Source: Negaprion brevirostris
Taxonomy: Eukaryota
Length of the DNA: 64,000 nucleotides
NCBI GenBank assembly: GCA_030324005.1
Contig: JARDVH010000059.1
Coordinates: forward strand, 94,755,309-94,819,308
Direction: 5' to 3'
Part shown: one piece after another, positions 12,601 through 26,953 of the stretch
Layout: each line of letters opens with the position of its first letter
How positions within the stretch are numbered: position 1 is the stretch's first letter
Notes under the pieces: model-generated
What the model was told of the DNA's origin: nothing
The model's database searches: none
What the model saw: only the letters and a program-made list of their open reading frames with translations
Made by a program: the position numbers and the translations under genes

Positions 12601-14451
12601 AAATCTTGCCCCTACTTTTCAAATTTATTATTTACTGCCCACACATGGAGCACACCAGCTTTTGCACAGAAAGCCCCCATGCCTCAACACAATTTCATCC
12701 ATTGCATTAACCTTTCTTTTTAGTCTGTCCCTTCATGTAAACGTCCACAATTCTGTTTGGTGATGACTTCTAGAATTGTGAATGGCTTACATATCCAAAT
12801 CAGAATGGTGTGTGATTTATAATTGGTGGTGTCCCATGCACTTGCTGCCCTTGTTCTTTCTAGGTGATTGAGGTCAAGGTTTTGGGAGGGGCTGCTAAAG
12901 AAGCTTTGCGTTTCCGCAGTCTATCCAATAGTGAGGACACATTGCAGCTATACATTTGCAGCAGAGGATGAACTTCTTTGCATTGTCTAAAGTTTGTATT
13001 CTTGAGTGTTGTCGCAGCTGTCCCACTCAAGCAAGCAGAGAGTATTCCATCACAATTCTGACTTCTGCTTTGTAAGTCGTGATGAGGCTTTGGGAAGTCA
13101 GAAGTTCAACCATGGGTTATATAATATGCAGCCTCTGACCTGATCTAGTAGCCACAACATATATGTGATTTGTTTTTCTAGTCAGTAGAATCCCCAAACT
13201 GATGTTTGGTGGAAGATTGAGTGATAATGCCATGGAGAAGTAATTGCACTCTGTTGGGAATGCCATTGCCTGGTCCTTATGTGACACAGATGCTACTTGT
13301 CATTCATCAGCACGGGCCTTGTATAAATTTAGGCTTTCTGGCTACAGGCATGGGCTGCTTCATTGACTGAGTAATGGCAAGTGAATCTGAGTTCTGAAAT
13401 CACCAGTAAACAATCCTCACTTTTGACCTTGTGTTAGGAGAGTCAGTGCAAATAATTGGGCCTGTGATGCACCCTGAAGAGCTGTAGTGATACGCAAAAC
13501 TGGGGTAATTAGCCTCCAAAAACCACTGCCACCATCCTTTATGCTAATTATGACTCCTGTCACTGAAGAGTTACTGCCTGGTCACCATTGACTTAACTTT
13601 TAATGAAACTCCTTGGTGCTGCACTCAATTGAATCTTGCCACTATGTCTAGAGCACTCGCCTTGGTTTGAATTCAATACTTAGCCTATATTTGGATTAAG
13701 GCTGTAATGGTATATAAGCTAAATAATCCTGGCAAAACCCAAAGTGAGCAACTGCCATTTGATAGCAGCAACTCCTTTCACAATTCTGAGAATAAGCTGC
13801 TGAAATGTAGGGATTATAGTTGACCAATGAGCCTTTCAAGAATTTTCTGCAAGGCACAGTAACAGTATAGCTACTTGTGAAAAAAATTGATCAATTTTAG
13901 ACATTAATTGAGTAGCTGATGATGTTGTTGCTACACTAGTGCAGCACAAATATTCAGGATTGTAATCAGGATGTTATTGGGGCTTGTATCCCTGGCTGTT
14001 TGTAGTCACATACTGACATCTCTGAGGGTATCAGGAAGCGATCAAGAAAGAACCATTCAGCACTTTTAGCTGAAGATGGTTGCTAACACTAAACCTTGTC
14101 TGTTTCACTGGTGCTAAATTTTGGCAGCATTGCAGATGGGAATGTTCATTTAGTTTCCTCCACAAGCTCGTCGCTTGATCCTCTCTCTCGTTCCATCAGG
14201 TTAGTACATCAGTTTCAGGCATACCTAATCCTGCTTCTGTCTGCTCTTCTACCCTCCTCATTGAACCAGGATTGGTCATTATGTTTGATGATGCAAGAGT
14301 GAGGGGCCATCAGCTGCTATATTGCAATGTACTGTTAAAGGCCTTCTGCCTCATAGATGTTCAGTTTTGACTGGTAAATTTGTCTTAATCTATATTGGTT
14401 AACAAAAAGAATCTTGCAAAATAGAAGAACCCACGCTGCTTGTTCTATCTG

Positions 14452-14715
14452 TGATGTGGCGATGCTCGCGTTGGACTGGGGTGAACACAGTAAGAAGTCT
14501 CACAACACCAGGTTAAAGTACAACAGGTTTATTTGGTAGCACAAGCCATAAGCTTTCGGAGCGCTGCCCCTTCATGAGGTGAATAGAAGTTCTGTTCACA
14601 AACAGTGCATGTACAGACAAACTCAATTTACAAAATAATGGTTGGAATGCGAGTCTTTACAGGTAATCAAATCTTAAAGGTACAGACTGTGAATGGAGAG
14701 AGGGTTAAGCAAAGG
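14452..14715 (-). mobile_element. Penelope-like element fragment
   Basis: Reverse complement of the tail at about 5200-5445. Confidence 0.7.
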
Positions 14716-15464
14716 CTTAAGTATTCTACTTGTGCTTTGAAAGAGAAATTATCCAATTTGCTTCCTCCCTCCAGATTTTCCCTGTATTCCTACAAGTTAG
14801 CTCACTTTAAGTGTATATTCAGTTGCCTTTTGAAAACATATAAGGGATTTTATTGCCGAGGGCCAAAAAATGATGGACAGCAGGAGCATATTTGAGGTAT
14901 ACTTGAGCTGAAGCCATGAGACTCTATAGTTCTGATTAAATCTTGAGGCTGTTCTGACCTGATTCTGTCACTGTGACTGTACCTGAGATGGGATAGGACA
15001 ATAAATATTTGCTGATTTTGTATTGTTGAGGGTAAAGCCGTTCTTAACTAGTGAGGGCCAGCCCTTCTGATTTTGCCACCAGTTCTCAGATGTTTGTGAG
15101 GAGGACTTAGCAGATTGACTGGGCTGGATTTGCTTTGTCAAGTCCTTACCTTGCTCACACTCATCAGATTTTATTATCTTTTTGCTGGCTCTGAGATTAG
15201 CTCTCAGAGCCTGTAGGTTGGACTCCACTACTTGTGGAAAAACAAACCAGTATATATCCAAATTGAGAAGCCACTGTCATCAGTTAAGGAGAACAGTTAG
15301 GTCCAGTCAGGACAGTGAGCAGGTTGCAAAACCATGCCTTCACCCATTTCTCCAACAGTTATTATTTCACATGTAATTATATGCAGTCAAATCTGCAAAT
15401 CAAGATTTGGTGTCTCCCTCTCTCTTTCTCCTCTTCCTGCACACACACAGCAATCAGGATCCCT

Positions 15465-16400
15465 AAGAATAGGCAACAACATCACCTCCATGTGAATATC
15501 CTCAACATTGGTGCCCCACAGGGCTGTCTCTTCAGCCCCTTAGTATATTCCTTAGGTACCTCTGACTGGGTGGTCAAATTCCATCCCAATTCAATTTTCA
15601 AGTTTCTTGATGAGCTGGATCTCAAACAATGATGCAACAGATTACAGGGGACAGATAATCTTGTGAATAAGTGCAATGACAATAATCTCTCCTTCATGGT
15701 CAGTAAAATAAAGGAGATAGTCATTGAATTCAGGATGCATAGTGGAGGACATGCCCCTGTCTACACCAATGGGGATGAAGTGGAAATGGTCGAGAGCTTC
15801 GAGTTTCAAGGTGTCCTGGTAACCAACAACTTGTCCTGGTCCCTCCAAGCTGATGCTATGGCTAAGAAAGCTCAGCAAAGCCTCTACTTTCTCAGAAGGC
15901 TAAGGAAATTTGGCATGTCTGTTACAAACACACTCAGACTTTGACATAATAGAAAGCATTCTTTCGCAGCTTGGTATGGCTCTTCCTCTGTCCAAGACTA
16001 CAAAGGATCATGAATGAAGCCTAGTCCATCATGCAAACTTTCCCATCTGTTGATTCTGTCTACACTTCCTGCCGCCTCAGAAAAGCAGCCAGCAAAATCA
16101 AGGACCCACCTGCACCCCAGACATAGTCTCTTCCACCTTCAGTTGGGAAAGGATATGCCAATCAACTCAAGCACAACTTCTTTTCAGCTGCCATCAGCAG
16201 GAATGAACATCAGAATGGACCAATTTTGCATTAAGCTGATCTTTCTCTACACCCTAGTTATTACTGTAACACTGCATTCTGCACTCTCTCCGTTCCTTCT
16301 CTATGAACGGTATGCTTTATCTGTACAGTGCACAAAAAACAATATTTGAGTTCACAGTGTACTAATACATACCATGATGATAAATCTAATCAAATCAAAT
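15465..16400 (+). mobile_element. Rex1/Babar-like non-LTR retrotransposon, degenerate RT 3' half
   Basis: GAPQGCLFSPLVYSL, VEMVESFEFQGV and KKAQQSLYFLRRLRKFGMS in broken frames; (ATCAA)n tail. Confidence 0.8.
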
Positions 16401-16849
16401 TGAAATTCCAGATTTATTTCGTTTGTTTTTTTAACTGAATTTGTCTTGGCAAGCTGCTGTGCAGGGATTTGAATTTATATTGTCTAGATCATCGGTCAAG
16501 GCTTCTGGATCACTAAGTCACATGATCACTGCCCTACTGAGGGACACCAAGTTGAAGATGTAGTGAACAAACTTTTGATTCAATTTATTATTGCTACATG
16601 TATTAACATACAGTGAAAAAGTATTGTTTCTTGTATGCTATACAGACAAAACATACCATTCATAGAGAAGGAAATGAGAATGTAGTGTTACAGTCCACAA
16701 GACTCTAATGAATAATAAATGTCTGATTTGTCAAATGACTATTTTGTAACTTTTTTCATTGTTGAAGTATAAAGAAACCAAAAAATAATTCAGAGAAAGA
16801 ATTTGGTGAATTTCATAGTTTACAAGTAGTAATTGGAAAAATAATAGGA

Positions 16850-17850
16850 CTTAAGGTATCTTATAGTTTTTACTCCAGGTTATTAAGAAAAAATTGATAA
16901 AGAAATTGCAGATTTGTAGGTCATAATTTGTGTTGTAGTTTATGGGATAGTTCCTTTGGATTGGAAAATGACATAATTCACTCCATTATTCAGTAAGGGA
17001 GAAAGAAATCAGGTAACTATAGACCTGTCATTTTAATGCCAATTATGGGGAAATTAATTGGAATTCATATCAGAGGCAGTGACTGCATCTGGATAAATAG
17101 TAACTGATCATAATCAGTAGCGATTTGTGAAGTTTGGAGCATGTCTACCTAATCTAGTGAATTTTTTTGTGGTCATTGGCATGGCGGAAAGCAAGTCTCT
17201 GAATATTGCTGATACGGATTTCCAGATGGTATTTGCACAATGCAGCACAAGAGGTTGTTGGAAAATGTGTATGGACTTGGGTGCCAAAGAAACTTACGGA
17301 ACAGAGGGAACCTTNNNNNNNNNNCTCCATCGATCTCTATGGGAACTGAGTTTCTTACTATATATTAATTATTTGGATGAAGGAATAATGAGAGTCTTAT
17401 ATCCAAGTTTGCAGATGACATCAATTAGGTTCCACAAGTTTTATATGGGTGCAGAAAGATAGAAAGGGAGAGATACAGAATTAAGCATGGGGGCAAAACT
17501 ACAGTAGATGTTCAAAATATTAGAAGGTCGGAGGTTATCTATTTGAGATCCGAAGATGACAAATTAGAATATGTTTTCATGATGAAACAGAGCAGCAGTG
17601 TGTTCAAGCATCATGTGATTAGAGCTAGGCCATTTAGGAATATAATCGTGGTACATTTTTTCACTCAACAGGCAGTGGAAATTTTGAATTCTCTCAAGAT
17701 TGGTGGATGCTGTGCCAGTTAACATTTTCAAGCCTGTGTTTAATGGATTTTTCTTTGGTAAGGGTAGCAAAGGATATAATATAGAAGGTTGGTATTTGGA
17801 ATACATGTGTTAATCAGTCATGATCTAATTGAATGGTAGCTCAGACTTGA
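16850..17850 (+). mobile_element. Old CR1-like LINE remnant
   Basis: aactatagacctgtca (NYRPV), LLYINYLDE and tccaagtttgcagatgaca (SKFADD) remnants. Confidence 0.65.
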
Positions 17851-20454
17851 GGGGATGAATGGAAACACTGTCAATAAGACTTTGGGAAGTTTCTTTTTTG
17901 GCCAGCACTAATTATACCTGAGAGTTTCTAATTCTTGTGGATATCTAAATACGATATTGGAACAATCCTGATTTGGGAAATGTTCCAGTGATTGCTTACT
18001 TGATCGTGAAGCTACTGCCAATAGAAGTGAAATGTCCTCTGAATATGTCCATGTGTAAAGGCTCCCCTTCCACTTTTTTACATTTATAGTATATTCCTAC
18101 AATTCCCTTGTATGGCTCAGCTGGATGATGAATAGTTGCTATGGTGGTGGTTTCAGATTGTAGATGTATACCACTGTGTGGCACATTATGTGAACAGGCT
18201 ATCTCATAATGAAAGTAGCAGCTATAGTAAATTTAGTGGTGAAACAAAACGTTGAAATACCTTGTTTCATATCTTTTAATTATCAATAGAAAGTAAAGGA
18301 GTAGATCTAAGAAGATACTTGTTTGCTCTTAATTTGTTGAATGTAAGTTGCTGACACATGCATAATATAGTTTACCTGTTTTCCATAAAATACCTTTGCA
18401 ATCTGAAATGATTAATAACTGAGCTAAGAATAAGCTAGCTCCTAGACAGTTGTGTATTTAGACTTTGGAGATGGGAGTGATTATTTAATCGTGTGGATAT
18501 TGTCTCCTGCAGAATCAAATCAAAGGAACATTGTATCTCAAGTGTAGCAAAGTAATAAATCAGTTCATAGAGAAATTGTTTGACTTAACAGTGAAATTTC
18601 CTGATTGTTCCTTTTTATTCCTTCAGGGAATGTGTGTTGCTGGCAAGGCCAGCGTTTATTGCCCATTCCTAATTGTCCTTGAAAAACGAATGAGTTGCCT
18701 TTTTAAACCATTGTTGTCCAAGTGATGTAATGCAATTCAAGGAGTTTGACCCAGCAACAGTGAAGGAAATGGCTATATAGTCCCAAGACAAGTTGTATGA
18801 CTTGGAGCAGAACTTGCAGGTGGTGGTGTTCCCATGACCATTTTGCCCTTGCCCTAAGGTAGGGGTTTGGGTGATCCTGGAGTCTTGGTTGCGGAAGTGC
18901 ATCTTATGGGTGATGTACCTTGCAATCACAATGTGATAATGGTAGAGGAAGTGCATGTTTCGGGTGGTGGATAGAGTGTCAGTCAAGCAGGCTGCCTTGT
19001 TCTGGATAGTGTTGAACCTCTTGGAATGTTTTTGAAGCCAGGCGAATGGAGAGTGTTCAGTCACACTTGACTTCAAGCCTGCAGACAGTGGAAAGGTTTT
19101 GTGGAGACAGACAATGCACATAGAGTATGAGGAATAGGAGCACGAGTAGGCCACTCAATCCCTTTAGTCTGTCCTGCAATTTAATAATGACGCTGCTGAC
19201 CTACCTCAGCCATACTGTCCCATATCCTGTGATTCCTTTCGTATACAAAATCTGTTGATCTGTCCAAGGTACTCAATGACTGAGCATCCACAACACTGGT
19301 GGAGAATTCCAAAAGTTTATAAACCTTTAAGTGAAAAATGTGTAAATTAGATCATCTCTTATTCTACTAATCTCTGGGGAATGCACACTTAGTCTACTGA
19401 ATATCTGTCCTTCATACAATAATTTCCTCATTCCACAAATCAGCCTAGTCAATCCTTATTGCATCCCTGCTAAAGCAGGAAGAGCAAACTAGAATTATGG
19501 TTATACCATGGCCCTAAGCAACTTGGAGTGAGACTGTTTTACAATTGCATTCCAATCCACTAGTAATAATGGTTTCCAAATTGCGTGATTTGTGTACGAG
19601 GATATCCAGGTTGAGCTGAATACTATCCTTTTCCAGTCCATTGTGAATGAATTGCTCTACTTCTCTGCTTTTCCTACCAAAGTGAATAACTGTATACTCC
19701 TTCTCCCTTCCTTTTGCTACTCATTTAACTTTTCTAAATTCTTTTGCAGCCTCTAGATCTTCGCACACAGTCTACTTTCCCACCTAACTATAAATTGTCA
19801 GTAAACTAGTGTATGTCGTACTTAGTCCTCTTGTCTAAGTCATCGGTGTAGATTATGAATAGCTTCAGCACTGTCACTCAGTACCCCATTCATTACAGTC
19901 TGCATCCTGAAAATGACCTGTTTTTTGTTCATTAACCGATTTTTGGTCCATGTTAATATTGCATGAGACTCAATTTTATGAAAGAATTTGGATGAAACAT
20001 TATTCAATACCTCTGTTTGTGAACTGAACTCTTCATTCTCTTGAAGATGCAAATTCATTACATCCAATGGTTCACCCTTATCTGGTTACAACTGTGAAAA
20101 TTATTTCCTTTTTATATATCTGTTAACTTTGCTTAATCGTATTATAATTTTCTTAGTACCTTGTTATAATCTTCCTCATAATAGATAGTGGTATTTTTCC
20201 TAAATATTGTTGGCACAAAATCAGTATTTGTGATTTGACCAGTTACGATTGTGGTCAATGTTGACAGCTAGGATGGTAATGGAGGAGAATTCAATGGAAA
20301 TTTTCTTGAATGTCAAGGGGAGGCTACCTTTTTGGCCATTGGCTGAAACCTATGTGGCGCAAAAGTTTCTTTCCACTTGTTGTCCCAAGCCAGGTCTGTT
20401 GCTCAAATCATTCTCCTTGCACATAGTGGACTGCTTATGAAGAAACAAATTCAT

Positions 20455-20750
20455 ACAATCATGAGTCCATACAGTGTTGAAGAGGCCATTTGGCCCACTG
20501 AGTTGCACCAACTCTCCAAAAGAGCATTCTACCCAGGCCCCATCTTCCCATCCTGTCCCTGTAACCCTACACAGCTCCCATGTCTAATCCATTTAACCTA
20601 CACATCTTGGGACAATTTAATGTGGCCAATCCACCTAACTTGCACATCTTTGAACTGCGTACAAACATCACACAGTCACCCAAGGCCTAAATCAATCCCA
20701 GGTCCCTGGAGCTATGAAGTAGCAGTGCTAACCACTGTGCCACCCTGTTG
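20455..20750 (-). mobile_element. tRNA-derived SINE
   Basis: gcagtgctaaccactgtgccacc is the reverse-complemented SINE head; same family group as 9330. Confidence 0.65.
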
Positions 20751-20929
20751 CCCAGGATGCACAAATTGCACAAGATTCCTTCAAAATTATTATTTAGATT
20801 TGAATAAACCAGAATTGCTCAGTTTTTTAAAGTGCTTTTTGATCTGTTTTACGTCCACCTGAAGTTTAATGTCTCACCAATAAAATAGCTGCCTCCAACA
20901 GAAGTCAGGACTCCAGCAGTCAAGGGCAT

Positions 20930-21402
20930 TCAGCCTCTGATCTTCAGGTAAGCACTCTTCAAAGTGGCCTTCACGACACATGGCAACACAGAATCACTGA
21001 GCAGAAACTGATAGCCAAGTTCCGCACACATGAGGACAGCTTCAACCAGGATCTTGGATTCATGTCTCACTATCTGTGACCCCCCACAACTTGCCTGGGC
21101 TTGCAAAATCTCACTAACTGTCCTGACTGGAGACAATTCACACCTCTTTAACCTGTGCTTGACCCTCTCTCCACGCACATTGTCTGTACCTATAAAGACT
21201 TGATTATCTGTCAAGACTCACATTCCAACCATTATCTTGCAATTGAGTTTGTGTCTACATATACCCTGTTTGTGAACCAAACTCTTCACTCACCTGATGA
21301 AAGCTCATGCTCCGAAAGCTCATGCTACCGAATAAACCTATTTATTGGACTTTAACCTGGTGTTGTGAGTGTACCCCAGTTCAATGCTGGCAACTCCACA
21401 TC
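20930..21402 (+). mobile_element. Penelope-like element 3' fragment
   Basis: High similarity to 4985-5445. Confidence 0.7.
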
Positions 21403-22699
21403 TAGGGAAGGAAATCTGCCATCCTTACCCAGTCTGGATCACATATGACTCCAGATCCACAGCAATGTGGCTGACTCCTAACTGCCTCTGAAAAGGCCTA
21501 ATGTGCCATTCAGTTTAGGGGCAATTAAGAATGAGCAACTAACATTGGCTTTGCAATTATCGCCCACATTCCACCAAAGAATAGAAAGAAGCTTGTGGCA
21601 TGAAGAGGTCCTGGCTGTCTCTTCAATGCTTCCTCTTCGTTTTCCTCTTCCTCGGCACACACGTGTTTCCCACCCCNNNNNNNNNNTTCCTGCACCACCA
21701 CCAGCCACCCCACCACCCCCCCTCCCCCCCCACCCCCACCCCCAACTTATCAACCCCACTAATGTGGCTTTTGGATGCTTGGTAGCAATGGAGCACTTTT
21801 TAATAGCCAGGTTGTGGAGGGTGGAGCAGACCCACTGCCCCCCCCCAACATTTGGATCCCTGTTCAGGTTAGTCTTCCTCTGAGTGGGAGTGGTCCAGGC
21901 AACAGAACACTTAAGTATATAGTCGTCTGTTCTATGGTGGCTGTATAGCTGCCACTATAGATGCATTGTCTTCACGTGGTCAGGTAGCAGTGAAAAGATA
22001 TGAGCCACATGGTGTGAGGGTACCCCTGACCCCAAGCAGCCAATTTCATCGTTTACATGTGGGTCCACAGAACACCTCACCTGCAAGTTGGTTGCAGGCC
22101 CTTTAAATAACAGCAGTGGAGTGAGTGCCTCTCATACAGCAGCTGTGTGTTTGGGGCATGACATTAACTGGACCTGCACAGTGCAAATTGGTAAACTGTT
22201 TAGCGCCACAATTGTCCCACTGTCAAAGCTTCCAATGCAAGCACCACATGCTTTCATGAGTCCACAATTATATTGTGGCATCCAGTAAAAGGAAGAAGGC
22301 AAAAACCAACACTTACTTTTATAAGTGGGAAATACACAGGGACTGATTTTAACTCCAGTCTCTCTGCAGGATTGGCCATCAGCCCTATGCAGAAGATAAA
22401 ATAATATTGCAGCAGTTTTACTGGATTGGCATTGGCACAAATGAGAGTCAAATGCTACTGAAAACAAATCCATAATTCATTAAAAATAATTGAATCACAG
22501 AAAGTCATTTGAACCATTTTGTCTAAACTGGCTCTTAGTGAGAGCTATCTTCATCTTACAGCTGATCTTTTAAAAATAATTCTGTAAATGGTTTTCATGT
22601 GTATATCCACTAAAAGTTGCGAGTCAATCTGCATCCATCACCCTTTCAAGCAAACCATTCCAGGTTATAACTTGCTGGAGAAAGATATTCTTCCCCTAC

Positions 22700-23630
22700 T
22701 CCCTAAAAAATGACTTGCATTAAAACAGCATCTCTCTCATCCTCAAGGTATCCTAGCCATTGTAATACTTTCAAAGTGTAGTCACTGTTGTGATGTAGAA
22801 AATGTGGTAGTCAGTTTTCGCACAGCAAGCTCCCACAAAAAGCAAGTGAAAATGAGCCAGTTGTTTGTTTCATTGATGTTGATTGAACATTAATCAGGAC
22901 ATCAGACTAAGGAAATTTGGCATGTCACCTATGACTCTCACCAACTTTTACAGATGTACCACAGAAAGCATTCTTTCTGATTGTAATACAGCCTGGAATG
23001 GCTCCTCCTCTGCCCAAGACCACAAGGGACTACAAAAGGTCATGAATGTAGCCCAATCCACCACGCAAACCAGCCTCCCATCCATAGACTCTGTCTACAT
23101 TTCCCGCTGCCTCNNNNNNNNNNNNNNNNNNNNNNNNNNNNNNNNNNNNNNNNNNNNNNNNNNNNNNNNNNNNNNNNNNNNNNNNNNNNNNNNNNNNNNN
23201 NNNNNNNNNNNNNCACAACTTGCCTGGGCTTGCAAAATCTCATTAACTGTCCTGGCTGGAGACAATTCACACCTCTAACCTGTGCTTAACCCTTTCTCCA
23301 CTGTGTCTGCACCTGTAAAGACTTGATTTCCTGTTAAGTCTCGCATTCCAACCATTATCTTGTAATTAAGTTTGTGTCTATATATGCCCTGTTTGTGAAC
23401 CAAACTCTTCACTCACCTGATGAAGGGGCAATGCTCCGAAAGCTCGTGCTACCAAATAAACCTATTGGATTTTAACCGGGCATTGTGAGACCGCTTAATG
23501 TGCCTCCAACAGTGCAGCATTCCCACTGTGCTGCCTGGATTGTGGGCTAATGTCTCTGCAGTAGCATTTGAACTCAACCTTATGACTCAGACAAGGATGC
23601 TACCACTGACTCATAGCTGACACACGTGGT
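22700..23630. mobile_element. Nested repeats: old SINE-like element interrupted by Rex1 (22905-23113) and Penelope (23214-23500) fragments
   Basis: RLRKFGMSPMTLTNFYRCTTES Rex1 peptide, Penelope tail, and flanking DeuSINE-like sequence. Confidence 0.55.
23414..23448 (+). ncRNA. Minimal type I hammerhead ribozyme motif (Penelope-associated)
   Basis: CAC-CTGATGA-A-GGGGC/aat/GCTCC-GAA-AGCT-C-GTG: core boxes, stem II, palindromic stem III and CAC/GTG stem I. Confidence 0.6.
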
Positions 23631-26600
23631 TAGTGTGCGTTCCTGTTGAGCTGAAATTTGCATCTGAATATTTGAGTTTCAATTTCACCAAATTTTGATG
23701 GAATGAAAACAGATGCTAGAAATTTCATAAGACTGTGTAAAATATAAAGGCACATTTTATTTCAAAGGTACATTTATTTCAATATAGACCCTTTGTCAGA
23801 AGCCTCTAACAACATTTTCTGATATTTCAGGTTTGTATTCCTAGATTTCTAAATGGAAATGTCGCTTCAGTGGAAATTATCTGTGATTCTCCATCTTAAC
23901 TTTAGAATTGAGGGCTTTAACACGAAGCTTGCTTCATGAACGTCATCATTTAAATCATACTGAACACTTAAGATCGAATGGATCAATAAAATGTGCAGAC
24001 TGCCAACATTGAAGACTCTTGTTCATTTCCAAAGTCATTTTATAATCAGTCAGTCATATCTTGTGACATGTCACTTGGTTGTTTGCTGAATTGCTTTTCA
24101 TTTTAATTGTGAATATTTTAATTTAGTGTGTACAGAGTATGTTTTTGATTTTGAAGAGTTATATTAAAGCACAAGACTACATCTGATTTTGGAGGCAGAT
24201 AATTTCAAACAGGCTAATTGCGAATACCAGACACGCAAATTATAGAAAATGTAGTTCACTGATCACAGGACACAAATGGACATAGAGCAGTACTATTCCG
24301 TGGATTGCAGTAAAACTGTTACCGTTTAATCGTCCAAAACTGTAACAATGTGACACAAATATAATTAAGCTTCAGTGGTCTTTCTGAGGAAAATGATGTT
24401 CATTTGGCTTATGGGACTGCTGTGTAACAAGATGCAAGTAAGCATACGATTCAATCAGCTAATGCAAGGTAGAAAACAGAGTGGCTTTAACTTCTGTTAA
24501 AAATAAGTTTTTGTACTCTAAGCTTTATTGTGCATGTGTGCTTGCAGCTGTGTGAATGCAATATTTTCCTTCCATGAGTGTTCAGGATCAGAAGGCAAAA
24601 TATGTTCTTAATCTCAACAGTTGATTGTTCTTGTAGACAGATGAAACAAAATTTTAAATATTTGTCTATTACTTATTATTAACAAACAATTAACTTTTAT
24701 TATGGATTCTAAAATGAATACATTATTTGGCAGTGTTGCCTAGCTGAGCAAAGTGACAGGCCATCAAAGGTAAAATGGCAAAAGTAAATGAAATGATTGG
24801 CAGTGAAAGTCTGATTACTTGCAAATTAATTAGTTAACTTTGTACAGTGCTTTCTCAGTTAACTGAAAAAAAAGCTTGCTGTTCTATTCTAGTAGTGGAT
24901 TTATAAGTGGCATCTGTTGCTGGGTGTTCAATGGTACACTTAGCAAGCACACAACATTATTGACTTTATCCATAACTTCAAGTACCAAATTAGCAAGTGG
25001 CTCTGGTGTTTTTTTTAAACAATGAAAAACCAGTTGAATGGTTACAATACCTTTATGCTACTCTAATTTTAACCTCTGATCTGTTTCGTTAAACGTGTAT
25101 CCGGTGTCATTTTTCAATAAACTCTGATTACTCATTCAGAACTCTCTTTTGTAATCAGCATGGATGATTCACAAAATTGGGCGTGGCTGAATCATGTAAG
25201 AGTAATAGAATAGAGTTAGAATGAAGAGTAACTTTAAGAAGTATGCCATGTTCATGCCCACTTATTTCCAGGAAAAATAAAGCGTTTGTATGTAAAGTTT
25301 TCTGTACCTAATTGTTGCACCTGTACCATTTTTGTGATTCTTCTTGAATGAAACTTTCATTATATTTACTGGACTGCAAGATATATTGCATTGCCAAACA
25401 TATATTGGGAGTGGGTTGAGACTGCCTGAATTAATTTTGTTCAAAATGAAAATGCGACAGGTGACTTGACTGCCGAAAGATGGAGATTGATGCAAGACCC
25501 AGTCCATCAGGAAAGTCTGATACACCTCTGGGTTCAACCAGGCTATCATGAACAAGCCCACCCCAAGATGGGTGAATTGGTACTGTGACTTACAGAGGAA
25601 CGAATAAAGTAGGAGCTTTTAAGACCACAGGGCTCTCAACACCAGTGCAGCAAATTGGACTTTCAGGCTCCCTGTCATCCGCATTTCTGAGTCATGGAGA
25701 AGGTAGATCCTGGGACAGTGACAGCTATAGAAATGATCATAAATTACTTTGATAACAAAGTTAAACTACAACATTCCTAATAAGTCATTTTAAACATGTC
25801 ACAAAGTCTTCCTGGAACCAAACCATATTTTGTTTCGTATGAATTCAATGTTAACTTTTTACTACAAGACCAATTTTCAAGGCCTCACCCCGATCACCTG
25901 TCAATTTTCTAAACTTGAGAAAATGCAAAGCAAGTAATTTAGTTGAATCTGCACCGTGATTCTTCCACTATCAAAACTCATCAAAGTGATAGAACCTCAC
26001 TAAAGTTCTATACAACTGAACTAACACTTCCTGTCTGCTGAATTCCAAGCCTTTTGAATTAATGGTCAACAATCCTTTTTTTGGTTACTTGATGCCTGTG
26101 CATGAGCTTTGGACACCCACATTTGCTCCTCTGCAGCCGAAAATCTCACTCCAAAGAAAATATTCTGTTTTTCTTGGATGAAAATGGGTGGTCTCACTTC
26201 TTCACGTTTGATCATAGCTTTGCCTACTCAGTGTCACACTCTTATTTGTAATTTTTTGCTCCCATCTACACTAGTGATGGTACTTCCTAACTTCATTATC
26301 ACCCGCACATGTTTAAGTCTTATCGCTCCACCCAAGCCATGCATATGTTGAACTTTTGAGGTTCAAATTCAAATTCCTGGGAACGTTACTGCCAGTCAGG
26401 TCAACATTCTGTAGGTTACATTATCGATGTCAGCATCTGTATTTTCTTTAATCAGTGTGAATAACAGCTGGTAAGACATCGGGAAGATAAACTACTTTCT
26501 AACGCCATAGCTGATTGAGTAAAAATTAATATTAGGTTAAACATAATAAAATTTATCAGCTTTGTGAAAGAGATGTGTGTTTCTCAATCTGACAACCAAC

Positions 26601-26812
26601 CAAAAATGAATGCGGGAGATAAAATGAAAATTCAAGTACAAAGATAGTTCACTTTGTACTCATTCATCTCCCTTGTTTTTAATTGGAAGAATGATTAGAG
26701 CTTGCAGGCTGTGTTCGGATATTAGTTTTGAATTGTGAAAACATTTATTTTGGCAGTTTCATTGAATTTGGTCAATTGCATCAATGCTGACTTTTTAAAC
26801 TCACTTTTACAG

Positions 26813-26920
26813 GGCAGAATTTCTGTTCGGGTGTATAACAATTATCCAGAAGGTCTGGGAGTAACACTCTACAGAGAACAGTTCGACTTTAACGCCGAGC
26901 CACCTTGGGACCCCAGCTGA
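26813..26920 (+). CDS. AZIN1 uCC uORF, part 2 (GRISVRVYNNYPEGLGVTLYREQFDFNAEPPWDPS*)
   Basis: Acceptor ttttacAG|G, phase 0, joins part 1 in frame to give 53 codons; ends with the hallmark NAEPPW-x-PS-stop, followed by a second stop TAG. Confidence 0.93.
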   Translation, partial: GRISVRVYNNYPEGLGVTLYREQFDFNAEPPWDPS

Positions 26921-26953
26921 TAGTGGTGGTGTTCCATCTCCCGACTTGTCCAT
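26813..26953 (+). other. AZIN1: AZIN1 exon 2 (5' leader)
   Basis: Acceptor AG 26811-26812; donor CAT|GTAAGG at 26953/26954. Confidence 0.85.
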
